A stretch of 64,000 nucleotides of DNA, from contig CAYMJR010000003.1 in assembly GCA_964391315.1 (NCBI GenBank), forward strand, positions 542 through 64,541, read 5' to 3'. Source of the DNA: an uncultured Gammaproteobacteria bacterium (lineage in GTDB: Bacteria > Patescibacteriota > Microgenomatia > Levybacterales > UBA12049). The position numbers and the translations under genes are program-made. A model generated the notes under the pieces. That model ran no database searches, was not told where the DNA came from, and saw nothing but the letters and a program-made list of their open reading frames with translations. Of this stretch, positions 9,726 through 19,543 are shown piece after piece. Positions within the stretch are counted from its first letter, which is position 1. Each line of letters opens with the position of its first letter.

Positions 9726-10625
9726 TTATAGCAAGCCTAATTGCTCCTCGGGTTTGCCGAAAACTGTTTCGTAACGCGCTGTCAAACTTTTAAATCCTTG
9801 TTCTCTAAATCCTTCGAGCAGACTTTTAGGATCAAAATCCGCGCACTTACAGTTATTGATATTAAATTGAATCGGCGCATCGGTAATGATCGTTGCAAGC
9901 TTTTTTGCAAGCGCAGCTTGTTCTGCATCTGTTGCAAGCTTTAACCCAACCTTCTCAGGTAATTCTCCGACTTTGCTGTACAAATTTTCAAATGTACCAA
10001 ATTTTTGTAATAAGCTCGCTGCAGTCTTTGGTCCAATTCCTGTAACTCCTGGATAGCCGTCTGACGCGTCACCAATGAGCGCCTTGTAATCAATGAATTG
10101 TCTGGGATGCACACCGTATTTTTCCTCAACCGCTTTTTCATTGAACATCACCGTCTTTGTAATCCCAACAAGCGGCATTAAGACTTTTACATGGCCATTC
10201 ACAAGTTGCAACATATCCCGGTCTCCGGTTAAAATAACAACCGACATATCCTTTGCGCTTTCAACAGCCTCTTTTGAAATTGTTCCAATCAGATCATCTC
10301 CTTCATACCCATCAAGCTCAAACATCGCCACATGCATCTTTTCCAACAGCTCATGAATCAATATAATCTGATGAACAAACTCATCAGGTAGTTCAGGCCT
10401 GTGCACATGATAGCCGGCAAACATGGTTTGTCTGATGGTTGGTTTGCCTCGATCAAAACAAACAACAAGATGGGTTGGCTCCTGGTCGACAATAACATTC
10501 AGAAGCATAGAGAAAAATCCATACACAGCCTGAACAGGCTCGCCTTTTGTATTGGTTAAAGGAGGCAATGCATGATAAGCCCGATGTATCATCGCATTTC
10601 CATCAATTAATAAAAGCTTATTCAT
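9726..10625 (-). CDS. Stand-alone 5'-3' exonuclease (FEN / Pol I N-terminal domain type)
   Basis: 299-aa ORF. LLLIDGNAMIHRAYHALPPL, GYEGDDLIGT and an H3TH region GIGPKTAASLL. No polymerase domain is attached. Confidence 0.85.
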   Translation of the reverse strand: MNKLLLIDGNAMIHRAYHALPPLTNTKGEPVQAVYGFFSMLLNVIVDQEPTHLVVCFDRGKPTIRQTMFAGYHVHRPELPDEFVHQIILIHELLEKMHVAMFELDGYEGDDLIGTISKEAVESAKDMSVVILTGDRDMLQLVNGHVKVLMPLVGITKTVMFNEKAVEEKYGVHPRQFIDYKALIGDASDGYPGVTGIGPKTAASLLQKFGTFENLYSKVGELPEKVGLKLATDAEQAALAKKLATIITDAPIQFNINNCKCADFDPKSLLEGFREQGFKSLTARYETVFGKPEEQLGLL

Positions 10626-10713
10626 ACTCGTATTCTAGCAGATAAGTAGACAGCCTCCTACAGCACACTTTGAAATTATAAAACGTATTCCCTATACTCG
10701 TAAAAATGTATCT

Positions 10714-11043
10714 ATGAACCCAAAAAAAGAACTGAGAACCCGGATCACTCCAGTTGATGTATTCTATGCGAAGGTAAGACTGCTCGAACAAAATTACATT
10801 AAAGACCGAAAGAGACTGAGAACGACCCGTGAAATGATTGCTGAACTCACTGATGATCGGGATCTCCAGCAACTTTCAGAAGTAATGAAAGAGTTGGGTG
10901 CACAGTTAGGTCAAGAACGGTCAGATAGTATGTGGATTGCTGTCCTACATCAACATCTTCCTCCTGCAATAATAGCTAAATTATGGAGAGAAAAACAAAA
11001 CCTACGTCAAAAAAATGATGAAGAGCCTTCTCAAGAGCAATAA
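10714..11043 (+). CDS. Hypothetical protein
   Basis: 109-aa ORF preceded by a TATACT-like box. It overlaps a competing 84-aa antisense ORF. No motif recognised. Confidence 0.35.
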   Translation: MNPKKELRTRITPVDVFYAKVRLLEQNYIKDRKRLRTTREMIAELTDDRDLQQLSEVMKELGAQLGQERSDSMWIAVLHQHLPPAIIAKLWREKQNLRQKNDEEPSQEQ

Positions 11044-11046
11044 TAA

Positions 11047-11919
11047 CTATCCTACCTTCGGAGCACTAATCACATGTTTTTTCTGATTGATGGCAATCTC
11101 CAGTCCCATACGAAGAATTGTTTCTTCCAGTACCTTTCTCATATCTGATCCTTTTTTATAATTTGCTGTATATGGACCTACAGTAATTCGTTTGCCCCGT
11201 GCAAGCTCGTAGCCTTTTTTAAAGGTCTGTGTCGGTGAGGAAACACCAATTCCCAGTCCGCCTGCTCGAAGGATCGTAGAAAGGCTTGGAATGTCACTGG
11301 GACCATCTCCAATATAAATCATCTGAGTAAACGGAATTCGTCGCTGTTCCTGTGACAATGCATCATTTGTTTTATATGGTTTCTGTCGTAAATCAGAAAC
11401 GCTAATCCCTTTATGAACACCATACAGAAACCGTGTCTTCTCTGTGAAAGAAATAGCAGATTTGATACCAATTGCTTCTTTTGTCTTCTTATCATAGGAA
11501 AATGTACTTCCGAAAATGCCATCAACCTGTTTGGACAGCGAAGTGCCACGGATCATGTCTTCCAGTCCCCCGCTGATAATATAAAATTCCAATTGTACCC
11601 GTGCATCCTTGAGTGAAGCTTCTTTCCTGACATACTCTTTCAATTCAGTAAATGATTTTGGCAGTCCAGGAAAAAGCGGAAGTAGTTTTCCAAGACGAAG
11701 CAGAGCTTTTTGAGAAAGATCAATTTTTCCTTTCTTTGCATAGTCCAACAACAGATGCATGTATGCAAGCGGCGGATCCCAACTGTCTTTCACCATTGCA
11801 TAAACTTGTGACCAGAATTCATCATACGAAATGTGCTGCTGTTCAAGAAGAAAGGAAATAGTATCGGGGCCGAGTGTCTCGTCAAAATCACAAACTAGTG
11901 CGATGACTGCTTCATTCAT
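11047..11919 (-). CDS. HAD-superfamily hydrolase-like protein
   Basis: 290-aa ORF with N-terminal CDFDETLG (DxD nucleophile motif) and a late IYIGDGPSDIPS motif. The start overlaps the ftsH stop by 4 nt. Confidence 0.55.
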   Translation of the reverse strand: MNEAVIALVCDFDETLGPDTISFLLEQQHISYDEFWSQVYAMVKDSWDPPLAYMHLLLDYAKKGKIDLSQKALLRLGKLLPLFPGLPKSFTELKEYVRKEASLKDARVQLEFYIISGGLEDMIRGTSLSKQVDGIFGSTFSYDKKTKEAIGIKSAISFTEKTRFLYGVHKGISVSDLRQKPYKTNDALSQEQRRIPFTQMIYIGDGPSDIPSLSTILRAGGLGIGVSSPTQTFKKGYELARGKRITVGPYTANYKKGSDMRKVLEETILRMGLEIAINQKKHVISAPKVG

Positions 11920-13778
11920 GACGCTTTAACTTTTGCGGTAGCTAATTCTTTCTTTGGACCAATCAGACTGATAAAATCATCTGATTCAATTGTTTCTTTC
12001 TTTAATAATTCTTCTGCAAGAACATCAAGCTTGCTTCGAAGCTTGGTCAAAATAGTTGTTGCTTGCTTATATGCAGTGTCTGCAATTTTCTTGACCTCTT
12101 GATCAATCTTGGCAGCCATTTCAGGAGACAACTCGCTTTGTTCATACATGCTCCGTTCGTTGTCATAGGTTACTGGACCAAGATCACTCATACCAAATTT
12201 TGTAACCATTGCACGTGCGACATTAGTTGCTTTCTCAATATCATCTGAGGCGCCTGTTGTGATATCTTCAAAGACGAGGCTCTCTGCAACACGGCCTCCC
12301 ATCATCACAGCAATCTGTTCCAAAAGGTGTGCTTTGGTCTCATGAACCCGCTCAATTGATTCAGTCATAGTATGTCCAAGACTCATACCACGGGAAACAA
12401 TAGAAATTCGGTGAATTGGTTCGACATGTGGCATTTCCCAAGCAACAAGTGCGTGCCCTGCTTCATGATACGCAGTCATGCGGCGGTCAAGATCTGTCTG
12501 AAGACGTTTTTTCTCAGGACCAAGTTTGACTCTAGTTGCTGACTCTTCAAGATCTGACATATCAATCGCTTTTTTGTTAAGACGTGCTGCAAGAATTGCT
12601 GATTCATTAAGCATATTCTCAAGGTCTGCGCCTGAGAAACCAACAGTTCTCTTTGCCACTTTATCCCAGTTAACGTTTGCATCAAATGGCTTACCCTTCG
12701 CATGAATTGCCAAAATCATCTTTCGTCCTTCTACATCGGGAAGATCCAAAACCACTCTTCGATCAAAGCGACCCGGGCGGACAAGTGCAGGATCCAAAAC
12801 ATCAGGTCTGTTGGTTGCTGCCATCACGATAACATGTTCATTTGGAGTAAATCCATCCATTTCAACCAGAATCTGATTGAGTGTCTGTTCTCGTTCATCA
12901 TGGCCACCCATGAGTCCAATTCCGCGTTGGCGACCAATCGCATCAATTTCATCAATGAAAATAATTGCAGGTTGTGCTTTCTTTGCAGTATTAAATAAGT
13001 CACGGACACGAGATGCTCCAACACCAACAAGCATTTCCATAAATTCTGAACCTGCCATGGAGAAAAATGCGACTCCTGCTTCTCCAGCTGTTGCACGGGC
13101 AAGAAGCGTTTTTCCTGTTCCTGCAGGACCAACCATAAGAACACCTTTAGGAGTACGGGCACCCATTGCCTTATATTTCACAGGATTTTTCAAGAAATCA
13201 ACGATTTCTGTCAGTTCCTGTTTTGCTTCATCTACACCTGCAACATCAGAAAACGTTACACGTGGATTGTCTTTGTTGAAAAGTTTTGCACGGGACTGAC
13301 CGAAAGAAAAAATACTTTCCTGTGTCCCCCGTGCCTGACGGAAGATAAAGTAGAAAAAGACGATAATCAAAATAACTGGCAAGACAGCTGATGTAATATT
13401 GAGCCAATTATTAAAGGTCGTTGAATCTTTGACGACAACTTTCGTATTTTCCAACGAGACACCAGCATTTCGGAAAATGGTATAGACATCAGAACCTGTT
13501 TCTTTGGTAGTATCAACCTTTTGGCCATTTTTTAAGGTTACAGTCAGCTTATCGCCATTGACATCGATTTCTGAAACATCACCTTTTTTGACAGACGAGA
13601 TGACTTGTGAAAGGGGCATGCTGTTTGTTGTTTGGTATGGAGCACTTAATGCTGAAAATACAAAGAGTGAGAAAAGCAACAAAAATCCGTAGAGAATGAA
13701 ATTCTTCCAAGAAAATTTCCCTTTAATTCTGACCATTCTTTTTTTTCCATTTTGAGGCTTTTTATTATTGGTAGCCAT
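11916..13778 (-). CDS. ftsH: ATP-dependent zinc metalloprotease FtsH
   Basis: 620-aa ORF with two N-terminal TM segments, AAA Walker [12 protein letters not shown], Walker B IIFIDEID and zinc site HEAGHA. Confidence 0.95.
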   Translation of the reverse strand: MATNNKKPQNGKKRMVRIKGKFSWKNFILYGFLLLFSLFVFSALSAPYQTTNSMPLSQVISSVKKGDVSEIDVNGDKLTVTLKNGQKVDTTKETGSDVYTIFRNAGVSLENTKVVVKDSTTFNNWLNITSAVLPVILIIVFFYFIFRQARGTQESIFSFGQSRAKLFNKDNPRVTFSDVAGVDEAKQELTEIVDFLKNPVKYKAMGARTPKGVLMVGPAGTGKTLLARATAGEAGVAFFSMAGSEFMEMLVGVGASRVRDLFNTAKKAQPAIIFIDEIDAIGRQRGIGLMGGHDEREQTLNQILVEMDGFTPNEHVIVMAATNRPDVLDPALVRPGRFDRRVVLDLPDVEGRKMILAIHAKGKPFDANVNWDKVAKRTVGFSGADLENMLNESAILAARLNKKAIDMSDLEESATRVKLGPEKKRLQTDLDRRMTAYHEAGHALVAWEMPHVEPIHRISIVSRGMSLGHTMTESIERVHETKAHLLEQIAVMMGGRVAESLVFEDITTGASDDIEKATNVARAMVTKFGMSDLGPVTYDNERSMYEQSELSPEMAAKIDQEVKKIADTAYKQATTILTKLRSKLDVLAEELLKKETIESDDFISLIGPKKELATAKVKAS

Positions 13779-13809
13779 AACGTGACCCAGTATAACACAA
13801 AGTACAAGG

Positions 13810-14595
13810 CTATGCTACCCCCACCCTCTGTTGTTCTGCTGGTCTTTTCACTTGCAATGTTTTTTCTGCTGCAAGACGCGCAATTCCCCAGGGAATATCA
13901 AGCTCCTTCCACACAGCAGTTGCCAACCCACGGACAGTTGTCAAATCATTGTTTATAAACTCTTCTCTTGCATATGCTCTTCCCTCACCTTTTTGATTGT
14001 TTGTTATAGCATCCGCAACATCAGCTCCAGCAACAATTCTCGCACCATCACGAATTACAGGAGGAAACAGATTTAAGAAACGAGCACCTACAACAGGATA
14101 GGGGTCCTTTCTTTTGAATGTATGATGTAAATAAACAATCTGACCAACATCATGTCCAATTCTTCCCCATGGATATCCATCAAGTTGCTGAATACGACGA
14201 CGACCTGCACTAGGATGCTGATGGATATGAAACCACTGCTCTGCATTTGGATTATCGCGCCAACGTTGTGACATATCATATGCGCTTTTTTCTTCGCTCT
14301 TATGATCATCTTCTTTCCCGATATCATGCAGCGCGGCTCCTAACGTGATAGCATCACGCTCTTGTTGGGTAAACACCCCTCCTCCCTGCTGCTTATCTAA
14401 TTCTGCAAGAGCTTCAGACACAATACGCGCAACTACCAAACCACCTCGTGCATGCTCAGGCATACGTTTATGAAATTCTTGGAGTAAGGTATGTGCCCAT
14501 GGATTTCTCTTAAACGGTCCCCCGAAGCAATCAAGTCTTCCTTCTGTACGTTGTGCCACAGAAACAGGAACTCTCTGCCCCTCATTTATAACCAT
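13810..14595 (-). CDS. HD-domain phosphohydrolase
   Basis: 261-aa ORF with H...HD signature (LGAALHDIGK). The subfamily is not resolved. Confidence 0.6.
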   Translation of the reverse strand: MVINEGQRVPVSVAQRTEGRLDCFGGPFKRNPWAHTLLQEFHKRMPEHARGGLVVARIVSEALAELDKQQGGGVFTQQERDAITLGAALHDIGKEDDHKSEEKSAYDMSQRWRDNPNAEQWFHIHQHPSAGRRRIQQLDGYPWGRIGHDVGQIVYLHHTFKRKDPYPVVGARFLNLFPPVIRDGARIVAGADVADAITNNQKGEGRAYAREEFINNDLTTVRGLATAVWKELDIPWGIARLAAEKTLQVKRPAEQQRVGVA

Positions 14596-14660
14596 ACCGG
14601 CTAGTTTATGGACAAAATATGAAAACTCTATTGATGATACGTAAAAATTTGCTAAGAAGA

Positions 14661-16028
14661 TTACAATGAGGAAACTGCTTTTTTAAATTGCTCTCCGCGG
14701 TCTTTGTAATTTTTGAACATATCAAAACTGGTACATGCCGGACTTAATAACACGATATCTCCCGGCTTGGCAATTTTTTCTGCAGCTTTCACAACCTGCT
14801 CCATAGTTGTTGCTCCTTCAATCATCAGAATAGCTGTTTGCATGGGTAACTGTTCTTTAATCCGATCCCACTCTTCTCCTATTCCAATAATCGCTTTGAT
14901 ATTTTTTGCTTCGCGAATCACTTTACCAAGTTCTGAAAAATCACTGTTCTTACTTGCTCCACCCAGAATCAGGATTTCAGGATTATCAAAAGCTTCAATC
15001 GCTGCAATTGCTGTCTCTGGAGTTGTTGAGAACGAATCATCATAATATTTTACGCCGTTGATCTCTTTCACAAGCTCCAACCGATGCTCAAGTCCTCTGA
15101 AATTCTTGAGCACATGGGAAATTGTTTCTTTGTTCACACCTGCCAGATTGGCTGCCATTGTTGCTGAGCAGACATTTTCCAAATTGTGGCGACCAGGAAG
15201 AAAAATTTCAGAAGTGTTAATAATTTCTTGGTCATTCCCATTTTTTCTGATAATAACTTTTCCACCAAACGCAAAGCAGCCATTATCTGTTTCTCTCTCT
15301 CGGGAAACATAAAAGACTTTTCCCTCAGACAAGATATCCGATTCATTACTTGCCGGATAATCACGATTGACGATCGCAAAATCATCAATAGTTTGGAAGC
15401 GAAGGATATTTCTTTTTGCCTCAACATACTCCTCTGTCGTCGCGTGATAATCAAGATGCTCACTTGTCACCATAAGCATCACGGCAATGTGAGGAGATTT
15501 ATGAAGATCCTGTAGTTGAAAACTGGAAAGCTCTAAAACTACCCATGATGATCCTGTAAGTTTGTCAAGGAAAGTAAATGGCGGCATCCCAATATTGCCT
15601 CCAAGATAGGTATCTCGCCCACATTTTTTGAGCATTTCATAAATCAACGTACTTGTTGTCCCCTTCCCTTTTGTGCCTGTGACGCCGATAATTTGTGCTG
15701 GGCAGAGATCAAAAAAGAGTTTTGTTTGTGACGTCACGACAACTCCATTCTTTGCTGCTTCTTGTAATTCAGGAAGCAACGTCTTAACGCCGGGACTTCT
15801 CACAATCATGTCAAATTGGGAAAGATCGGAAAGATAGTTTTCTCCTAAAACAAACTCTACTCCAAGCCGTTCAACAGGTGCTAAAAATTGTTGATCAAGT
15901 TGTTCCTTTTTTCTTTTATCCAAGATCCAAATCTTTGCACCTTTATCATGTAAATATTTGGCACTTGATGTGCCTTCTACCCCAAAACCAAGAATTGCAA
16001 TTTTTTTGTTTTTAAAGTTGTGGCTCAT
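14661..16028 (-). CDS. murD: UDP-N-acetylmuramoylalanine--D-glutamate ligase
   Basis: 455-aa ORF with N-terminal Rossmann IAILGFGVEG and Mur ligase P-loop GVTGTKGKGTT. Confidence 0.9.
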   Translation of the reverse strand: MSHNFKNKKIAILGFGVEGTSSAKYLHDKGAKIWILDKRKKEQLDQQFLAPVERLGVEFVLGENYLSDLSQFDMIVRSPGVKTLLPELQEAAKNGVVVTSQTKLFFDLCPAQIIGVTGTKGKGTTSTLIYEMLKKCGRDTYLGGNIGMPPFTFLDKLTGSSWVVLELSSFQLQDLHKSPHIAVMLMVTSEHLDYHATTEEYVEAKRNILRFQTIDDFAIVNRDYPASNESDILSEGKVFYVSRERETDNGCFAFGGKVIIRKNGNDQEIINTSEIFLPGRHNLENVCSATMAANLAGVNKETISHVLKNFRGLEHRLELVKEINGVKYYDDSFSTTPETAIAAIEAFDNPEILILGGASKNSDFSELGKVIREAKNIKAIIGIGEEWDRIKEQLPMQTAILMIEGATTMEQVVKAAEKIAKPGDIVLLSPACTSFDMFKNYKDRGEQFKKAVSSL

Positions 16029-16816
16029 AAAGAAATTTTTTGAAACTCCTTCTCTCCTGCTATTGTACCTACTAATAATTTTTTTGCAATCACCGGATCG
16101 CCTGTCGTATAAAAAGAATATTCTGGCTGTTGTTCTACTGCTACTGCATTATTATTTTCCAAGACCCGTTTTACCTGTCTGGCAATTGCCGGACCAGAAT
16201 CCAAAATTGTCACCGTGGGTCCAAGAATATGCTGCATTTTCTCTCTTAGGAATGGAAAATGAGTACAACCAAGAGCAATCGTATCAACATGCTCCTGTTG
16301 AAATTTCAAAAGAACAGAAATAAGTTCGTTAGTAACATCTTCTCCCTCCAATTCTCCCCGCTCAACAAAAGGCACTAATGTATCTGTGCCATGATTAAAT
16401 ACCACACAATGATTTGCAAATTTCTGAATTAATTCTTTCTGATACTGGCTTTCTGCTGTATGGGTCGTTGAAAGGATACCAATACGATTATTCTTTGTTC
16501 TTTCTGCTGCCGTCTTAACGACAGGAACAGTACCAACAATTGGTATCTGAGGAAAATCCTTTCGCAGTTTATCTAGGCTCGCCACAGTAATCGTATTACA
16601 GCCAATCACAATAAGTTTGACCTGTTTGGTAAGCAAAAGTTCAATGAGTTTTTTAGAAAGGTTGTAGATCGCATCTTCGGATTTTTCTCCGTAAGGAGTA
16701 TTTTTAGAATCGGCAATATAGACTGTTGACTCTTGTGGAAGTAAGGATGCAACCTCTTTCCAAATTGTCAGTCCTCCAAGACCCGAATCAAGAATACCAA
16801 TAGGATTATTATTCAT
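16025..16816 (-). CDS. murI: Glutamate racemase
   Basis: 263-aa ORF with GILDSGLGGLT and catalytic Cys motifs GCNT and GCTHFP. It overlaps murD by 4 nt. Confidence 0.9.
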   Translation of the reverse strand: MNNNPIGILDSGLGGLTIWKEVASLLPQESTVYIADSKNTPYGEKSEDAIYNLSKKLIELLLTKQVKLIVIGCNTITVASLDKLRKDFPQIPIVGTVPVVKTAAERTKNNRIGILSTTHTAESQYQKELIQKFANHCVVFNHGTDTLVPFVERGELEGEDVTNELISVLLKFQQEHVDTIALGCTHFPFLREKMQHILGPTVTILDSGPAIARQVKRVLENNNAVAVEQQPEYSFYTTGDPVIAKKLLVGTIAGEKEFQKISL

Positions 16817-16863
16817 AAAGAGGAAGCAATAAATTTTGTACTTTTCACTTTTAACTTATAATG

Positions 16864-16937
16864 TACCAGAGGCGGGGATCGAACCCGCGACCTCAGCGTT
16901 ATGAATGCTGTGCTCTAACCGGCTGAGCTACCCTGGC
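16864..16937 (-). tRNA. tRNA-Met (anticodon CAT), elongator type
   Basis: Hand-folded cloverleaf GCCAGGG/TA/GCTC..GAGC/CAGCA-TTCATAA-CGCTG/GCGGG-TTCGATC-CCCGC/CTCTGGT-A. G1:U72 is paired and there are no initiator features. Ile2(CAT) identity cannot be excluded from sequence alone. CCA is not encoded. Confidence 0.8.
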
Positions 16938-16963
16938 GTTTTGAGTCCGTATAGTATACCAAT

Positions 16964-16992
16964 TTGACCATGCTTTCCGCAAATGCTATACT
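16964..16992 (+). promoter_or_regulatory. Promoter of the initiator-like tRNA
   Basis: TTGACC (16964-16969), a 17-nt spacer, then TATACT (16987-16992), 12 nt upstream of the tRNA 5' end. Confidence 0.5.
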
Positions 16993-17004
16993 TAAGCCCT
17001 AATG

Positions 17005-17073
17005 CGCGGGGTAGTGTACGGTGCACATGAGGCTCATAATCTTATAGGCTGGGTTCAACTCCCAGCCCCGCAA
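17005..17073 (+). tRNA. Initiator-like tRNA (anticodon CAT), atypical
   Basis: 5' CGCGGGG and 3' CCCCGCA-A match bacterial tRNA-fMet, including the C1:A72 mismatch. Anticodon loop CTCATAA; T arm CTGGG-TTCAACT-CCCAG. It is only 69 nt, has a shortened D arm (GTGTACGGTGCACA), and its anticodon stem is TGAGG/TCTTA rather than three G:C pairs. Confidence 0.6.
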
Positions 17074-17152
17074 CATAAAATTTGTAATCAAATCTAGTAT
17101 TTATTTTATTATCGTTTCCGCCTAGTAGATCTTCCTTGCATTTCACTATTTT

Positions 17153-17755
17153 TTATTTCTGCAAATGTTCTGTTGAACCCAAGTGACCTACAACATACAA
17201 TTTACCCTCACCCATAACGATCTCCGTAATCGAGGAAGGTGGCAATACTCTCTCTAAACCATTCATACCCATCGTTGGAATATCTGTTAATTCATCAGGG
17301 ACAACCCCCATGTATCGTTCATCACTTAGTAAAGCTGCTAAACTATCAGCATGTCCCACAAATGCCATACGGCATATCAGCTGATCTATTGCTCTGTGAA
17401 GTCTGCCTGCTGCCCAATTTACTGGTATACCATTACTTGGGGAAGAATCCCTTTCTGTAAATGACTTCTTCCACTCCTCATGTTCTTCTGGATTGCTCGG
17501 TATAGTTTGAGTCCGTGGATTTAAGAGTGGGTCTCTATCAACATTAGGAAGTCCTATTTCCATAGTAAGTACTTGTGCTGCAGTAAGGGCTCCGGGCGCA
17601 GAACTTGAATGCACGCCCAAAATTCCTTTTTTTCTTAAAGCTCTGCCTGTTACGACTCCATCCTCAATCCCCTGCAACGTCAATGGAGAGTCAATATGAT
17701 TACCAGTTGTCCTTGACTGTGTAATAAATACAACTTCTTTCCGATTGCTGATCAT
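17153..17755 (-). CDS. Histidine-phosphatase (PGAM) superfamily-like protein lacking the RHG motif
   Basis: 200-aa ORF. The layout VVFITQSRTTGN..SPLTLQG..SSSAPGALTAAQV..VGHADSL mirrors the family. The position of the catalytic RHG reads TQS. Confidence 0.4.
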   Translation of the reverse strand: MISNRKEVVFITQSRTTGNHIDSPLTLQGIEDGVVTGRALRKKGILGVHSSSAPGALTAAQVLTMEIGLPNVDRDPLLNPRTQTIPSNPEEHEEWKKSFTERDSSPSNGIPVNWAAGRLHRAIDQLICRMAFVGHADSLAALLSDERYMGVVPDELTDIPTMGMNGLERVLPPSSITEIVMGEGKLYVVGHLGSTEHLQK

Positions 17756-17825
17756 AGATGAGGATTATAGGATAATTCCTTTTGTATTACAATCTTTATT
17801 CCAGGTTAGGAATAAAAACGGATAC

Positions 17826-17875
17826 ATCGGTAGTTGAAAAATAGGTTCTAATTTCATACAACCCCCGCAACATAA
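17826..17875 (+). repeat. tRNA-fMet 3'-end mimic, copy 2 (hairpin plus CCCCGCAACATAA)
   Basis: The 13-mer CCCCGCAACATAA at 17863-17875 is identical to 17066-17078. It is preceded by the hairpin TGAAA..AGGTTCTA..TTTCA (17835-17856). TAGGTTCTAATTT (17842-17854) has a perfect inverted partner at 17886-17898. Confidence 0.7.
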
Positions 17876-18024
17876 GTCTTATACAAAATTAGAACCTAAA
17901 TTTAATTTAGAACTGGTAATCCCTCAAAGACTGCATATTCTTACTACCACAAAATTGAGAAGTTTAAGGATAATTTATAAAAGGGGCTGATTAATCTTTT
18001 TGGCTGTGATTTTGAATGTCGCTT

Positions 18025-18639
18025 TTAACTGTTTCTAGCATGATAATTGGCCACAGCTCGAGCATCAATACCAAACTTATTTCTATAAGTAGAACTATAT
18101 GTCCCACCTATTTGAAGCTCTTTATCTATTTTCTGAACCATACGAGCTCTGTTATAACGTTGTAATGCCACGAGTGCAATTTGAGGAACTGCAAATAGAG
18201 CACTTATTGCTGCTGCAAATGAATACCTTCCTTCTGCCAAACAGAGAAGTGCAAGGGAGCTACTTGGTACAGCAAAAGCTGTATGGACAACTTCGTTACG
18301 GATACTACCAGCAAGAGCAAAATCTGTTGCTGCTTCAATCTTACTTTTACTTCTATCTAATCTATAATTCAACTGATTTTCTTTTCCAGGAAGAGACCCA
18401 GTCCTACTCATAACTACTCTTCTTACGCGAGAAGTTCCAAGTCTTTCATGCCATTGTATACTACGGCCATAATTACGAGGAATAAAATACCCTGCCAGTA
18501 TTTTCCTTCCCCTGCTTGATTCAGCATTTTTTTGTAAATCTGCAAATTTTGGTTTCGCCACGACAGAACTATCGGACGGCATTATGGACGTTTGTGGAGT
18601 TTCTAAATGGTTATGCCTATTAGATATTCTCTCTGCCAT
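18025..18639 (-). CDS. Hypothetical protein with C-terminal hydrophobic segments
   Basis: 204-aa ORF; no family recognised. Confidence 0.4.
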   Translation of the reverse strand: MAERISNRHNHLETPQTSIMPSDSSVVAKPKFADLQKNAESSRGRKILAGYFIPRNYGRSIQWHERLGTSRVRRVVMSRTGSLPGKENQLNYRLDRSKSKIEAATDFALAGSIRNEVVHTAFAVPSSSLALLCLAEGRYSFAAAISALFAVPQIALVALQRYNRARMVQKIDKELQIGGTYSSTYRNKFGIDARAVANYHARNS

Positions 18640-18740
18640 ATTGAGATATTCATTATATCACTTACCAAAACCTAGATCAATATTATAGGTTATAATGATT
18701 CTTTTTTTCTTCAAAATTGGGTATATAATGTATGTGTGGT

Positions 18741-18787
18741 CGCGGTCAGGAAATAGGTTCTAATTTCCTCCAAACCCCGCAACATAA
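18741..18787 (+). repeat. tRNA-fMet acceptor/T-arm mimic, copy 3
   Basis: CGCGGTC, then hairpin AGGAAAT-AGGTTCTA-ATTTCCT (18748-18769), then CCAAA and CCCCGCAACATAA (18775-18787). A TATAAT box at 18724-18729 lies 11 nt upstream. Confidence 0.7.
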
Positions 18788-18802
18788 TTTATAAAGTAAG
18801 TA

Positions 18803-19441
18803 TTACCTTACAAGCTCCCCCAGTAATCCTTGCACTTGCGGTAATACGTAATGTCTAAACTCCTCTTCAGGTATTTGATCTGCAGTATCTCCATCAAATT
18901 CTATCGCAGCTAATGTATTATTAAGATCTCTGTCAGGTAAGCATATTGTTCTTCCATCTTCTTGGATTCTTTTTCTTGCTCGCCTTTCGGCACTATCTCT
19001 CTGAAGTAACCCTCTTGATATAATTTTTCCACCTTCCACTCGCATATGGGTTCCCCACACACCAGGCTCTAGCGAAGGATCTGAGAGATGTGTAATAACA
19101 TCCTCTTTTATCGGATATGACTTTGTGTTCAAGCCAGCCATATAAATAGCTAAAGCAAGTTGATGTTCACTGCTGAGAGGATGTTTATTCCATCCCCTTC
19201 GATCATGCCGGATATATTGTCCTCCTAACAAGGGAAATCCAAACTGTGCAATAACTAAACCAGTAAGATTCATTAACCGATAATCCACAGATCCTGTTTG
19301 ACGGTTATAATTTTCTACACTATCACACCATCTTCCACTATCCATAAAGAGCCTATCTGTTACTCCTTTATATCCTTCTAACGTTGTAGTTTTATTAATA
19401 ATGTTGTGCTGAGCTGTTGGATCTAATATTTCTCGACTCAT
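18803..19441 (-). CDS. Hypothetical protein
   Basis: 212-aa ORF; no family recognised. Confidence 0.45.
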   Translation of the reverse strand: MSREILDPTAQHNIINKTTTLEGYKGVTDRLFMDSGRWCDSVENYNRQTGSVDYRLMNLTGLVIAQFGFPLLGGQYIRHDRRGWNKHPLSSEHQLALAIYMAGLNTKSYPIKEDVITHLSDPSLEPGVWGTHMRVEGGKIISRGLLQRDSAERRARKRIQEDGRTICLPDRDLNNTLAAIEFDGDTADQIPEEEFRHYVLPQVQGLLGELVR

Positions 19442-19543
19442 AGAAGAAATTATAAATTAAACACAACAATAAATCAACTATAGGCCTTTGGTTCTCATTT
19501 CTTCTCTTGACACTCACTTTACCCTTGTGAAACGATAGAGTAT

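Noticed and set aside
12877-13299. A 140-aa plus-strand ORF antisense to ftsH. There are many similar 60-170 aa antisense or out-of-frame ORFs inside recF, murD, nrdJ, the VirD4-like gene, the PBPs and others.
   Set aside because: They lie entirely within strongly supported genes on the other strand or frame. They have no motifs and are the expected shadow ORFs.
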